Shown: positions 9,630 to 20,820, numbered from the stretch's first letter. The stretch: 64,000 bases of DNA from an uncultured Desulfospira sp. (GCA_963663165.1 OY760175.1:1824001-1888000), one strand, 5' to 3'. The notes: generated by a model from the sequence alone, not told the origin. Numbers and translations: made by a program.

Positions 9630-11417
9630 ATGACCTCGACCACCATGAAACAGAAAAACCTGATTTCCCAGTGGGCCTTTGATACGCGCCCCATCCTCGG
9701 CCGGTTTCACCTGTGGCTGGAAGATGTAAAAATCGAATGGATGAGGGGAGAAGAACAAGATGAAATGAACGGTTCCATCTCCTTTGTGGATGACCGGACC
9801 GAACGGATGCTGGCAATGACATCGGCGGTCACCGCCCTTGGCACCAAACTTTTCGGACGGTTCGGCCAGGGCGCCGGAATGGAGAAAAAAGACCTGAACC
9901 TGGTCAAAAAGGATGCCGACGCCATTTCCGCCTATTCCATGAGTGAAAGCCTCTGGTACCTGTCACGAACCCTTCCGGAGAACCATGCCATCATGGTCTG
10001 CTTAGGGGAAGGCCTGATGCCTAAAGCCGGCGAAACCCCTGAAATGGGGGCAAACCCCCTGCTGGGATTCGGCCGTGTCTATGCCAGGCCTGAGGTGGCC
10101 AAATTTCTTGAAGCCTGTGTCTTGAGGCTGATCAATGACCCGGATTACGGCTGGATGGACTTTAAACGGGCCATCACCAAAAAAGACATCACTGTCTGGG
10201 GCGCGGCCATCGACACCCTGGAAAACACGTCCCGGTTCGCCAAAGGTGAGGATACCGGCCCCATGACCGTTCTCCACCTGTTTGACCAGCCCCTGGCCAT
10301 CAGCGACCAGTATGAAGGGTATATCGGGACCCTGGTTCTGCCCAGAAAGGTTGTGGAAACAGCGGCCCTTGATTCGGTACTGGTCAATTATTTTACCCCC
10401 CGGGGCCTGGTGGTGTCCGCTATCAAAAAGGCATATCCCGGCATAGAGGCCAGCAATATTCATGTCTGGACCCTTCACGGCAAGGGCCGGGGCAGACGGA
10501 TCAGCCGCCTGTGGGAAGAATGGGAAAAGGCCGGGGCTCACCTGGTGGACGAAACCTGGGACCTTCCCACGGGGTTCAAGCCCTTTACGGATTCAGGCAC
10601 CTATGCCCCGACGTTTATGGTGGAATCCTGGACCGACGAGGCCGATCAGATTCACCTGTTTGTCGTGGACGGGTATGCCGGATCAGCCGAGGCCATTCAG
10701 GCCGCAAGCCTTGCCCCGGTCCTGGACCTGGATGTTTCCATGGCCGTGCTGTCTTCCAAATTTCACCTTCCCTATGATCTGGATGCCGCCTCCATGAAGC
10801 TGGACCCCCATAAAGATAACTTTGAGGACCGCCTTAAGACAGAATTTTTCAAACGGGATCTGGAACCAGAGCTTGTGGAACAGTACCGGGACAGCATCCT
10901 GGCCGCCCAAAAGGCCGGGATACCGTTAAACAAACGGACCATCAGCGCCGATGACCTGATCTCCGAAAAAGAGTGGAGTGCTCTTGCCACCAACGGGTAT
11001 ATGCTTCCGGACCCCTATACCGGCACCCCGGGCGTCACCCAGATCTCTGATGACACCTATGAAGTGACCACCCGCATGGCCACCCCCAAAGGGGATAAAC
11101 GGATCACCTTTGCCCTGAAGCTCGCGGAAAGCTTTGATGAGAGCAAGCTGGTGTTCACCCCCCTGCTCAACCGGTTCCTCAAGGGCGAGGATTTTACCCG
11201 CCGCCCGGTTAAGGTCTCGGACTCGGGCAGAATCAGGAACGAACTTCAGACCCTTTGCATGGACGCCTTAGAACATTACGGCAACAAGGTGGTGTTAAAA
11301 TTCGACCGGATTCCCAAGGCCACCATCTCCGAAGCCAAGCAGCAAGTCCTGAAAAAAATCCTGGTCTGGTACAAAGAAAATTATCCCATCTGGTTTGAGT
11401 GGCTGGATTTGGAATAA
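9630..11417 (+). CDS. Large divergent GlpX/FBPase class II-like protein
   Basis: KKDADAISAYSM..VCLGEG..PLL..AIDTLENTSRFAKG parallels GlpX motifs AD.AA..AM, IGEGE, DPLEGT..AKG. ATG 9630 has a purine-rich RBS; the upstream ORF extension is repeat-derived. Confidence 0.5.
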   Translation: MTSTTMKQKNLISQWAFDTRPILGRFHLWLEDVKIEWMRGEEQDEMNGSISFVDDRTERMLAMTSAVTALGTKLFGRFGQGAGMEKKDLNLVKKDADAISAYSMSESLWYLSRTLPENHAIMVCLGEGLMPKAGETPEMGANPLLGFGRVYARPEVAKFLEACVLRLINDPDYGWMDFKRAITKKDITVWGAAIDTLENTSRFAKGEDTGPMTVLHLFDQPLAISDQYEGYIGTLVLPRKVVETAALDSVLVNYFTPRGLVVSAIKKAYPGIEASNIHVWTLHGKGRGRRISRLWEEWEKAGAHLVDETWDLPTGFKPFTDSGTYAPTFMVESWTDEADQIHLFVVDGYAGSAEAIQAASLAPVLDLDVSMAVLSSKFHLPYDLDAASMKLDPHKDNFEDRLKTEFFKRDLEPELVEQYRDSILAAQKAGIPLNKRTISADDLISEKEWSALATNGYMLPDPYTGTPGVTQISDDTYEVTTRMATPKGDKRITFALKLAESFDESKLVFTPLLNRFLKGEDFTRRPVKVSDSGRIRNELQTLCMDALEHYGNKVVLKFDRIPKATISEAKQQVLKKILVWYKENYPIWFEWLDLE

Positions 11418-11582
11418 GAATTTTGGGATATGGGACTTGGGATATGGGATTTGCGGAAAAGGCCGCAGGGCAGTCCCCAAATCCCAGGTCCCATATCCCG
11501 TATCCTTTCTGTAGAACCAGACCATGGGAACCCGTGAAGACCGTGGAACCACCTTCAGCCTAAACCCCTTCAGCCTAATCCA

Positions 11583-12278
11583 CTATATCAAGCTTATGCT
11601 TTTTTCCCGGTCAACTCTATCAATGCAGAGAATGGCGTGCTTCTTGACATTGGCAATATGGCTTGCCAAAACCTTCTGGGCGTTTTCAACATCTTTTCCC
11701 GCAATGTAGTCATACAGCTGAATATGCTCTGAATCCACGGTTTCCATGGGGGTAATAAACAGGACATTCCCCCGGTACTTGAGATAAAGCAGGTCAAATA
11801 AAAATTTTAAGGTGTTGTACTGAATAATGGAACCGGACAGTTCGGCCAGCAGAAGATGGAACTCCTTGTCCCTTAGCAGACGGTCTTTCAGATAAATATC
11901 CCGAACCGCTTCCAGGTGAGAATCAAGGGCTTTTCTTAATTTGTTCAGATCCCGTTTGCCAATGGTTTCGATGGTCCGTGGAATCAGCGCCACCTCAATG
12001 AGTTCCCTGAACTCATAAATTTCAGTGATTTCCTTTAGACTGATCTTTTCGGTATAATACCCCCGGTTGGGTTCATGACGGACCAGGCCCTGGAATTCCA
12101 GGCGCTTGAGGGCCTGAATCACCGGGGTCGTACTCATGTTCAGCCGTTTGGCCAGATCCCCGTATGAAATCTTCTGGCCGGGAATGATTTCATTGAGGAA
12201 AAACATGCGCCGGATGCCCATGTAGGCTTCCTGAGTAAAATCTTCCTTAACGGTTTTATTTTTTTTGGGTTGTGCCAT
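11583..12278 (-). CDS. GntR/FCD family transcriptional regulator
   Basis: PGQKI...LAKRLNMSTTPVIQALKRLE..GLV wHTH; FCD-type D.EFH and EH motifs. Confidence 0.9.
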   Translation of the reverse strand: MAQPKKNKTVKEDFTQEAYMGIRRMFFLNEIIPGQKISYGDLAKRLNMSTTPVIQALKRLEFQGLVRHEPNRGYYTEKISLKEITEIYEFRELIEVALIPRTIETIGKRDLNKLRKALDSHLEAVRDIYLKDRLLRDKEFHLLLAELSGSIIQYNTLKFLFDLLYLKYRGNVLFITPMETVDSEHIQLYDYIAGKDVENAQKVLASHIANVKKHAILCIDRVDREKSISLI

Positions 12279-12471
12279 ATGCTGTTTTTCATATACCGGG
12301 ACCAAAAAAAAATCAATCAAAATTTACATTTTTACAGGAGTATATCATGAAAATTTTTATCCGGTTACTACTTGACATTACAGGAATCAGGCTATATTAA
12401 CTCATGAATTTAATCAGATTTATAATTAAATATTTAATCTGAGATTTGGTAACATATGAAGGAGAAAAATA

Positions 12472-13587
12472 ATGGCTTTAGCATTTATGGAAGGCAATGA
12501 AGCCATTGCCAGAGGGGCCATGGCCGCCGGGTGCAATTTTTTTGCAGGCTACCCCATTACGCCGGCCACCACCATATTTAATAACATGCTCAAAATGCTT
12601 CCCCCAAGAGGGGGCATCTGTATCCAGGGAGAAGATGAAATTGCCTCCATGGGATACTGCATCGGCGCATCCATGGCCGGTAAAAAAGCATTGACCGCCA
12701 CTTCCGGACCCGGCATCAGCCTTTACAGCGAACACATCTCATTTGCCATCGGCAGCGAGATCCCGCTGGTGATTGTGGATGTCCAGCGATTAGGCCCGTC
12801 CACGGGCTCTGCCACCAGGGGGGCCGATTCCGATATCCAGTTTTTAAGGTGGGGCGCAACCAGCGGGGTACCGGTGATTGTCCTTGCCCCCTGTGATGCC
12901 AAAGACTGTTATGAACTGGCGGTTCATGCCTTTAATTATGCCGAAGAGTTCCGGTGCCCGGTGTTCATTGCCTCCAACAAGGAAATCGGCATGACCAAGG
13001 AGAGCTTTGACATGGACTCCCTTGTCCTGCCCCCGCTGGTAGAACGGACCATCCATTCCGGAAAAAATTTTCTTCCCTTTGAAGCTGAGCCGGACAAGGC
13101 CCCGCCGTTCCTTCCCATGGGCGGCAAAACCCTGGTCAGGCAGACCTCCTCCACCCACGGCCCGGACGGGTATATCACCATTGACCCGGATGTGATCAGC
13201 GCCATGCAGTACCGCCTGAGAAACAAGCTTCACGCAGCCCGGGAGCGGATCAGCCTTTACACCGACCACATCGTTCCGGATACAGACACCTTAGTGATCA
13301 GCTACGGCATCACCTCAAGGGCCGTGGCAGATGCCGCAGACCTGCTGGCTGAAAAGGGAAAGCCGGTTTCCACCCTGTCGTTGAAAACCCTCTGGCCGGT
13401 TCCCGAACAGGTAATCCAAAAGACCGCTGAAAAATTCAGCCGGATTGTGGTCATAGAAATGAACTTAGGACAATACGTGAACGAAATCCGGCGGGTTCTT
13501 TCAGGCAAAACCGTTGATTTTTACGGCCAGATGAACGGGGTATTGATCTCCCCGGCAAAAATTGCGGAGGTGATTGAAAATGAATAG
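12472..13587 (+). CDS. 2-oxoacid:ferredoxin oxidoreductase alpha subunit
   Basis: GNEAIARGA, FAGYPITP, EDEIAS, TATSGPG, EMNLGQY. Confidence 0.9.
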   Translation: MALAFMEGNEAIARGAMAAGCNFFAGYPITPATTIFNNMLKMLPPRGGICIQGEDEIASMGYCIGASMAGKKALTATSGPGISLYSEHISFAIGSEIPLVIVDVQRLGPSTGSATRGADSDIQFLRWGATSGVPVIVLAPCDAKDCYELAVHAFNYAEEFRCPVFIASNKEIGMTKESFDMDSLVLPPLVERTIHSGKNFLPFEAEPDKAPPFLPMGGKTLVRQTSSTHGPDGYITIDPDVISAMQYRLRNKLHAARERISLYTDHIVPDTDTLVISYGITSRAVADAADLLAEKGKPVSTLSLKTLWPVPEQVIQKTAEKFSRIVVIEMNLGQYVNEIRRVLSGKTVDFYGQMNGVLISPAKIAEVIENE

Positions 13588-14869
13588 CTTTCTCAACACA
13601 AACAGGCCCCCTGTCTTCTGCCCGGGATGTACCCACGAAAGAATTACCGGAAGCCTGGACAAGGCCTTTATTGAACTGGGCTTTCCGGCCGATAAAATTG
13701 CCATTGTGACCGATATCGGGTGTTCCGGCCTGTTTGACACATTTTTTAATGTCCATGCCCTTCACGGGGTCCACGGCCGGGCCTTAACCTATGCCATGGG
13801 CCTGAAAATGGCCGACCCGTCCTTAAATGTTATCGTGACCATGGGAGACGGCGGGCTTGGCATCGGCGGGGCACATGTGCTGTCCGCCTGCCGGAAGAAC
13901 CTGGATTTAACCCTGCTGATTCTCAACAACTTTAACTTCGGCATGACCGGGGGCCAGTATTCGGCCACCACCCCCTGCGAGGCCGTGGTGGGATCGGAAT
14001 TTCTCAACCAGGTTGAAAAACCCATTGATATCTGCGCCATTGCCAGAAGCGCCGGTGCCACTTATGTCTCCCGATGCTCGGGTCTTGACAGCTCCCTGGT
14101 GGATGAACTGGTCAAGGCGGTCCGGCACAAGGGGTTCAGCGTTGTGGAAACCTTGGGGATGTGTACGGGCCGGTATACCAAGCGAAACAAACTGACCCCG
14201 TCGGCCATTGATCAGATGATTGCCGACAAGGCCTTTGAAGGCGGCCCCGTCAAGGAAAATTCAAGGCCTGAATACGGCGAGCTTTACAGGAAAATCGCCA
14301 AAGAAAAAACCACCTTCCCTGAGCCCATGGTGGTGGAAAAAACCTTTGACCTTCCCCATATGAAACGCCAGGAAGTGGTCATCTTAGGCTCCGCCGGCAT
14401 GAGAATTGTCACGGCCGGGGACATGCTGTGCGCCGCCGGTATCAGTGCGGGATATAATGTATCCATTAAAAATGACTACAATATCACTGTCTTAAGGGGA
14501 CAGTCCGTATCTGAAATCATCCTGTCCCCTGAAAAAATCGGGTACACGGGCATCAAATCCCCCACCATTGTCATGGCCTTAAGCGATGAGGGCGTGGCAC
14601 GGCGAAAGGCGGTGTTTGCCAAGCTTTCCCCGGATGCCGTTGTGCTCAGGGAAAAGAGCGTGGCCATTCCTGAAACCCCGGCCAAGGTTGAAGAGATCGA
14701 TTTTAAAGCCCTTAAAATCCGGAACACGGACTGGGCCCTGGCCTCTTTGGCCTGGCTGGCAGCTAAAGGAACCGTATTGAACAAAGAAATGCTTGAATTT
14801 GCCATGAAATCCAGGTTCAACGAAAAGGTTTTTGCCCTGGCCATGGAGACGGTTAACAAAGTCATGTAA
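13574..14869 (+). CDS. 2-oxoacid:ferredoxin oxidoreductase fused beta/gamma subunit
   Basis: FCPGC, DIGCS, HGRA, GDG, FGMTGGQ (TPP-binding beta) followed by a gamma-like domain (GSAGMRIVTAG). Confidence 0.85.
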   Translation: MKMNSFLNTNRPPVFCPGCTHERITGSLDKAFIELGFPADKIAIVTDIGCSGLFDTFFNVHALHGVHGRALTYAMGLKMADPSLNVIVTMGDGGLGIGGAHVLSACRKNLDLTLLILNNFNFGMTGGQYSATTPCEAVVGSEFLNQVEKPIDICAIARSAGATYVSRCSGLDSSLVDELVKAVRHKGFSVVETLGMCTGRYTKRNKLTPSAIDQMIADKAFEGGPVKENSRPEYGELYRKIAKEKTTFPEPMVVEKTFDLPHMKRQEVVILGSAGMRIVTAGDMLCAAGISAGYNVSIKNDYNITVLRGQSVSEIILSPEKIGYTGIKSPTIVMALSDEGVARRKAVFAKLSPDAVVLREKSVAIPETPAKVEEIDFKALKIRNTDWALASLAWLAAKGTVLNKEMLEFAMKSRFNEKVFALAMETVNKVM

Positions 14870-14886
14870 CGGTCCCACTCTCCCTT

Positions 14887-14932
14887 AAAAAATCCCTCTC
14901 CAAATTTTTTTTTTTGGCAGAGGGATTTTTTT
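14887..14932 (+). terminator. Probable terminator after the oxidoreductase operon
   Basis: AAAAATCCCTCT...AGAGGGATTTTT stem with T-run. Confidence 0.7.
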
Positions 14933-15353
14933 ATCCGGCAATTTTGTGGACATGGTGGACATCAGTGGACGTTGCCTAGTCCACTATGTCCACTTCTCAA
15001 GCCCCCCCCTGAAACCCAGGGTCATCGCATGTAAAAAAAAGCAATCTATTCCGGAATTGAAAATAAGGATAATCTCAATAAAACGTAGGGAGACCGGATG
15101 CGCCCTCCAAAGGAACCCGGCATCCGACATCTATCGCTCCATTTTGGGTCAATGCATGGTCCGCTCCAACCCTACCGCTCAAACCAGGGAACTTGACGGT
15201 TTCGGTCTCCCGTCTCCCTTCCTTCCGGTTTCCTTTTTTTACATTATCCTTATCATCAAAATTGACATCACCGGCAGGCAAGTGACATGCGATCACCCTG
15301 CCCTGCCCTATTCACATTGTTCTTTTTGGTTTTTTCATGTATGAGACAATACC

Positions 15354-16079
15354 ATGAAAACAAAAAACAGCCAGATTACTGAAAACTGCTACTCCCCGGC
15401 CCCGGGCATCCACATTCTGGCCTTAAGAATCTCAGACTGCCTGGCCCGGATTCTTCCCGGAAAGATACCTGAAAACTACCTGGGCAAACCCCGCATTGAT
15501 TTTGCGGAATCGGACTTTTGCCAAAGGGTTTTCAGCCCCAGGGAAATAAGGTCCATTAACCATTTCAAAATCCTGAAAAAACAAGCCGAATGGATCTGCG
15601 GCAGGTATACGCTGAAACGGCTTGCCCAAAAGGTTTTAACGCCGGAAAACCGCCTTGAAGAGATAACGGTTTCCTACCTGGCCAAAGGGGCGCCGTTTAT
15701 TGAAGCCCTGCCCCATGTTCCCATTTCCATTTCCCACTCGGGTGATTACACGGCCGCTGCGGTATCCACTGACCCGGACATCACCTTGGGCATCGACATT
15801 GAAAAAATCGGTTCCCTGCCCCGGCCGGGGTTTATGAAAACCGCCTTCACCCAAAATGAAATTGCGGCCATGCCCCAGACGGCCCGGGATGTTTTCATCC
15901 ACTGGACCCTGAAAGAGGCCTATCTTAAATTGATTAAACTTGGGTTTAATGAAAGCCTTCACCGGGTTGAAATTATTAACACCCAGGTGTTTTCACACGG
16001 CAAGCCCCAGCCGGTCAAAAGCGTTACCCAGATCCTTGACGAATCATACGCGCTCAGCCTGATGTGGAACAGCCCTTGA
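15354..16079 (+). CDS. 4'-phosphopantetheinyl transferase (Sfp-like)
   Basis: SISHSGD, LGIDIE, WTLKEAYLK. Confidence 0.9.
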   Translation: MKTKNSQITENCYSPAPGIHILALRISDCLARILPGKIPENYLGKPRIDFAESDFCQRVFSPREIRSINHFKILKKQAEWICGRYTLKRLAQKVLTPENRLEEITVSYLAKGAPFIEALPHVPISISHSGDYTAAAVSTDPDITLGIDIEKIGSLPRPGFMKTAFTQNEIAAMPQTARDVFIHWTLKEAYLKLIKLGFNESLHRVEIINTQVFSHGKPQPVKSVTQILDESYALSLMWNSP

Positions 16080-16231
16080 CAACGGCGAAATGAATATCCT
16101 ATAGTGGTGTTTATTCCGACGTTTACCCACAGAGGTTAAACCATTCACAGGGGATTTGACGCAAGCCACACCGGGATTTTCGTTTCGCGGACAGTGGTTG
16201 ACAGCCTTTAGATTCAAACAAGTTAAGCCAA

Positions 16232-18643
16232 ATGACAGACCAACGGAACCCCCGCATACTTCTCATTGGCGACAATGGGAAAAACATCGCCGACCTTCAG
16301 GAAACCCTGGGAGACCTGAAGGTTGAAATCGCCGAGACCGCTTCCAGCGAAGAGGCGATACAACGGATTCTGGTCACGGATTTCTCCCTGATCGTTCTCG
16401 GTGCCCCCCCAGGCCAAAGCATTGAAACCGCCAGAATGTTGAAAAAAGTGGCTGCTGCGGCCCACCTGCCCATCATCCTGTGGACAGCCGGCGTCACGGA
16501 TGACGCCATGATAGAACAGGCCTATGATGCCGGTGTTACGGATATCATTTCCCCCCCGGTCCACAAAGCGATGCTGCAAAACAAGATCACCGCTTTGATA
16601 GCCCATGGCCCATCCGGTCGGCACATCAACGCCAAAGCCCCCATCGTAAAAAAAGAAAACCCCAAAGTCCTGGTGGTGGACGATACCCCGGCCAATCTCC
16701 TGGTAATGAAAAAGCTGCTGGCCAGATTAGAGGTGGATGTCACCTGTGTCTCTTCTGGAAATGAAGCCTTGACCCAGACCCTGTACAATGACTTTGCCGT
16801 GGTGTTTCTGGACGTGCAGATGCCCGGGATGGACGGGTATGAAGTGGCCGAACTGATGAAATCCAACGAAAGCACAGCCGATATCCCCATTATTTTTCTC
16901 ACCGCCATTGACCGGAACGACGCCAAAGAGGTTAAAGGATACGACAAGGGGGCGGTAGATTTCATTTTCAAGCCCATAAACGAATTTATCCTGCTGAGCA
17001 AAGCCCAAATTTTCCTTGATCTGTATAATCTGCGGGCCAACCTTGAAGCCCTGGTGGAAGAGCGGACTTTTGCCCTTCAAAAAAGCAATGAGAAGCTGCG
17101 CCAGGAGATGTGGAACAAGGAGATGGCCCAAAAAGACCTGATCCGGATGAAAGAATACTTAAGAAGTGTGTTTAACTCCATGTCCACCCTTCTGATCGGC
17201 GCCGATATGACGGGAACCATCTCTAATATTAACCTGGTGGCCCAGCAGCATTCCGGAATCAGCCCGGACGATGCCATAGGAAAAAATATCGCCGATATTT
17301 TCCCTGAATTCAATGATACCATCACCGAACTGACCGGGGAACTGCGCACCAGAAAAGAGCCCATTAAAAGAAACAATGTCCCCATCAGCCGGGACGGCAG
17401 TGACCGGATTTACTTTTTTTCCATCAACCCCCTGGTGGATGCACACATGGAACAGGTGGTCATCAGCATTGCCGATGTCACGGAAACCCGGCAAATGGAA
17501 GAAGAACTGCAACAGCGGCGGCATATTGACTCATTAGGGCAGCTTGCCGGCGGCATTGCCCATGATTTCAACAACCTGTTGACCGCCATCATGGGGGCTT
17601 CGGAACTGCTTCAGATGATTGCCGAAGACAAACCCGAATTTGAGTCGCCCATTCAGACCATATCCGTCTCGGTTGAACGGGCCGCTGAACTGACCGGCAA
17701 ACTGCTCAGTTTTGCCCGCAAGAGCGGGGTTGAAAAGGTTCCCGTGGATATTCACCAGATTCTCAAAGATACCACCACCATTCTCAAACGAAGCATTGAC
17801 AAGAGGATTGAGGTAGCGGTCAAGCCTGAAGCGGCCCACAGCATTATTGAAGGGGGCGTATCCGAGCTGTCCAATGCCTTGCTCAATCTGGGGGTGAATG
17901 CCCGGGACGCCATGCCCGACGGCGGCACCCTGACCTATAAAACCGCCAATTACCAGGCGGCGGGAACTGATCAGGAACAGCTCATGGGCCTTGCCCCGGG
18001 CGAATATGTCCGGGTCGAAATCTCAGATACCGGCACCGGCATCCCTGAGGAAATTCAAAAGAAAGTGTTTGAGCCCTTTTTCACCACCAAAGACCCCGGC
18101 AAAGGAACCGGGTTGGGGCTGGCCTCTGTTTACGGCACGGTCAAAGAACACAGCGGCGTGGTTCAACTGGACAGTGCCATGGGCAAGGGAACTGTTTTTT
18201 CACTTTATTTTCCCATCAGCGCCCAGGCGGCTTCCATGGAAGGCCAGGCCGTCAAATCCTTAGAAGACGAAAAATTCCACGGCACGGTATTGTTCATTGA
18301 TGATGAAGACATTGTCCGTGCCATCGGGGCGGAACTGCTCAAATCCCTGGGCCTTAATGTTCTTTTGGCCGGCAGCGGCCATGAGGCTTTTGACCTTATC
18401 AAACAGCACAGAAATGAGATTTCCCTTATTCTCCTGGATATGGTTATGCCGGAACTGAACGGCAAAGACTGTTATATGGAAATTCGCAGGATCATGCCCG
18501 AAGCCAACGTTGTGCTTTGCAGCGGCTTTACCCCGGATGCCGATATCAAGGAACTTGAGGGAAAAGGGGTCAAAGGGTTTATCCCCAAGCCCTTTTACAT
18601 GTCAGGCCTGCGGGAGGCCATGGCAGCCTACCTGCCCGCTTAA
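16232..18643 (+). CDS. Hybrid histidine kinase (REC-REC-PAS-HisKA-HATPase-REC)
   Basis: VDDTPANL/LDVQMP REC, AHDFNN, NARDAM, GTGLGL, LDMVMP. Confidence 0.9.
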   Translation: MTDQRNPRILLIGDNGKNIADLQETLGDLKVEIAETASSEEAIQRILVTDFSLIVLGAPPGQSIETARMLKKVAAAAHLPIILWTAGVTDDAMIEQAYDAGVTDIISPPVHKAMLQNKITALIAHGPSGRHINAKAPIVKKENPKVLVVDDTPANLLVMKKLLARLEVDVTCVSSGNEALTQTLYNDFAVVFLDVQMPGMDGYEVAELMKSNESTADIPIIFLTAIDRNDAKEVKGYDKGAVDFIFKPINEFILLSKAQIFLDLYNLRANLEALVEERTFALQKSNEKLRQEMWNKEMAQKDLIRMKEYLRSVFNSMSTLLIGADMTGTISNINLVAQQHSGISPDDAIGKNIADIFPEFNDTITELTGELRTRKEPIKRNNVPISRDGSDRIYFFSINPLVDAHMEQVVISIADVTETRQMEEELQQRRHIDSLGQLAGGIAHDFNNLLTAIMGASELLQMIAEDKPEFESPIQTISVSVERAAELTGKLLSFARKSGVEKVPVDIHQILKDTTTILKRSIDKRIEVAVKPEAAHSIIEGGVSELSNALLNLGVNARDAMPDGGTLTYKTANYQAAGTDQEQLMGLAPGEYVRVEISDTGTGIPEEIQKKVFEPFFTTKDPGKGTGLGLASVYGTVKEHSGVVQLDSAMGKGTVFSLYFPISAQAASMEGQAVKSLEDEKFHGTVLFIDDEDIVRAIGAELLKSLGLNVLLAGSGHEAFDLIKQHRNEISLILLDMVMPELNGKDCYMEIRRIMPEANVVLCSGFTPDADIKELEGKGVKGFIPKPFYMSGLREAMAAYLPA

Positions 18644-18664
18644 CCCACAGATAAACAGGCGTTT

Positions 18665-20617
18665 TCATTCAGCCTGGCGCATCAGGTTCTGTTCCTTTAA
18701 GGCCTGGTTTTCTTTCTCCAGTTCTTCCTGGCGGTACAGCAGCTCCTGGGACAAGCGTTTAAACCGGTCATTGACAATGGCGGAATAAACCGCCACGGCA
18801 ATGAGCGTCTGGGCCTGCTCTGCCAGGTTCAGGTGTTTTTCTTCCAGGGGAAAGCAGGCGGCAAGCTCCATTACCCCTAACACCTCATCCTCATACACCA
18901 GGGGGATAATGAGAACATCGCTGGGGGTTCCTGACCCCAAAGACGAATTTATCCTTAAATATTCACTGGGAATCCGGGTCAGATGAAGGGTCTTTTTTCC
19001 CATCACCACCTGACCGGGCAGGCCTTCCCCTTGCCGGAAAACACAGGAGACATTTTCTTGCAAGGGATAGGCAAAGGAAGCGGCCAGTTCATAAAAATCC
19101 CCGCCGTCATTGTCCTCCTGGCGGCGGATAAACACGGTCCCGGTAAGCGCCCCAATATAACGGGCAATAAAGGTAACGGCTTTTTCACACAATTCGTTTA
19201 GCTGGTAATTGCCGCTGATCTGTTCACTGAGCCGGGTTAAGCCGGTTTTGATCCAGTCTTCTTCCCGGTTCCTGATGTCGGCTTTTTCAAGGGTTTCCAG
19301 CATGGAATTCAATGAGTCCACCAGGTCATCGCTCCCCTGTTTTTCACGGGAAAACCGGAATCCGTAGTTTTTTGAGCCAATGGCCTTTTGAAGCTTTTCA
19401 AAAATAGTGCGAAACCGTGACTCACTTTCCCGCAAGGTCACTGAAGAGGTCTTAATTTTTTCGAGCAGGGAATTAAATTCTTTGGCCAGATAAGCAATTT
19501 CATCCCGGCTGTCAATGGTGGCCCGAACCGAATCATCGCCATTGGTATACTGCTGTAACACGCGGACAAGACGGTTGATGGGGCGGGTGAGCATTTTTGA
19601 TGTTAACGAACTGAGCAGCAGGGCAAAAACCAGGCCTAACCCGGCAATCCCCATGGTCAGCATCAATGTGCGGTGAACCTTGGCCATGATTTCCCTTTCA
19701 TCTACACTGATGGCCAGGCAAAAAGAAACCGGAATTTTGCGGGACTGGTCAAGATCTGAAATAAAATTTAAGGGAAGGTGATTATAATGGCGGTTTCCGT
19801 CCCTGGTTTGAAAGACGGTTATGGTGCCTTCTTTGGCGTCACTGAAAAGGGTCCGGGCAGGGACCAGGGGGTTAAATTCATCTTCTTGAACATTGTTGGC
19901 TGCCCAGCAGACCACCTTTTCCGAAGACTTGTCCAGGACAAACACCTTGCTGCCCGGAAGGGATGAAAATTCCAATTCCTTTAGCACCTCATGGCAGATT
20001 CTGGTCAGGGTGGACAAGTCAAGAAACCCCAGGAAATAGCCATTGGTTTCCCCAAGGGCATCAACGGTCTGATGAACAAAAATCAGAAAAGGCGAGCCAT
20101 CTTTGCTCCGGATGTCCTTATCACCGGGCACCACCAGGGCAAGACCATTGTCACAGGATTTGATTCGGGAAAAATAGGAAAGCGCCCCCCCGATGAGGCT
20201 GTCCGCCTGGGTACCGTTATCCAAGGTACGGCTTTCCTGTATAATTCTACCGTTTTTATCCACCATGAGCATGGCCGGAAACTCTGTGTGGGTCTTCTGG
20301 ATATAGGCCATTTGATATTTGAGATCATCCCAGGCATCAAACTCCGTGGCCAGGCGAAAAATATCGCCCTGGACCCATTCTTGAAAAAACCGGGAGGATG
20401 TGGACAAAAAAGCGTTGAGTTTATCCCTGCCGCTGCTGCTGATCAGGACCATCTGCCGGTCACTGTTCTCAAGGGTATTTTCCTTTAAGGGCAGATACGT
20501 GGCCCCTGCAATTAAAAACATGGGCAGAACCGTCAGGAAAAAGGCCAGACGAATTCTGGCGGTTATCTTTCCGGTATATTCATTTTCCGGGGGGTGATCG
20601 TTATGGCCGGCATTCAT
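18665..20617 (-). CDS. Membrane sensor (Cache-like, HAMP, GAF) without a kinase core
   Basis: 2 TM helices, HAMP (DEIAYLAKEFN), GAF (GEGLPGQ..PL..GVMEL); ends in a short coiled coil. Confidence 0.75.
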   Translation of the reverse strand: MNAGHNDHPPENEYTGKITARIRLAFFLTVLPMFLIAGATYLPLKENTLENSDRQMVLISSSGRDKLNAFLSTSSRFFQEWVQGDIFRLATEFDAWDDLKYQMAYIQKTHTEFPAMLMVDKNGRIIQESRTLDNGTQADSLIGGALSYFSRIKSCDNGLALVVPGDKDIRSKDGSPFLIFVHQTVDALGETNGYFLGFLDLSTLTRICHEVLKELEFSSLPGSKVFVLDKSSEKVVCWAANNVQEDEFNPLVPARTLFSDAKEGTITVFQTRDGNRHYNHLPLNFISDLDQSRKIPVSFCLAISVDEREIMAKVHRTLMLTMGIAGLGLVFALLLSSLTSKMLTRPINRLVRVLQQYTNGDDSVRATIDSRDEIAYLAKEFNSLLEKIKTSSVTLRESESRFRTIFEKLQKAIGSKNYGFRFSREKQGSDDLVDSLNSMLETLEKADIRNREEDWIKTGLTRLSEQISGNYQLNELCEKAVTFIARYIGALTGTVFIRRQEDNDGGDFYELAASFAYPLQENVSCVFRQGEGLPGQVVMGKKTLHLTRIPSEYLRINSSLGSGTPSDVLIIPLVYEDEVLGVMELAACFPLEEKHLNLAEQAQTLIAVAVYSAIVNDRFKRLSQELLYRQEELEKENQALKEQNLMRQAE

Positions 20618-20638
20618 AGCTTCTCCATCAACGCCTTT

Positions 20639-20820
20639 TATATGAAAATCTCACTAAGGTCCTGAAAAGACTTTCAATATTTGTTGTGGGCGGCTCTTGG
20701 TTGGATAACCAAAGCGGCCCGTGGCCGTTATATGAAAGTCTCACTAACAAGCTGAAAAGACTTTCATTATTTGTTGTGGGCGGTTTTTGGTTGGATAACC
20801 AAATCAGCCCGTGGCTGTTA
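20639..20820 (+). repeat. ~90-bp two-hairpin repeat, tandem copies 2 and 3
   Basis: TATGAAAnTCTCACTAA...AGACTTTCA..ATTTGTTGTGGGCGG...GGTTGGATAACC...CCCGTGGCnGTTA repeated with a 90-bp period. Confidence 0.9.

Noticed and set aside
20639..20820. CRISPR array
   Set aside because: Two abutting 90-bp units with no unique spacers, and no cas genes
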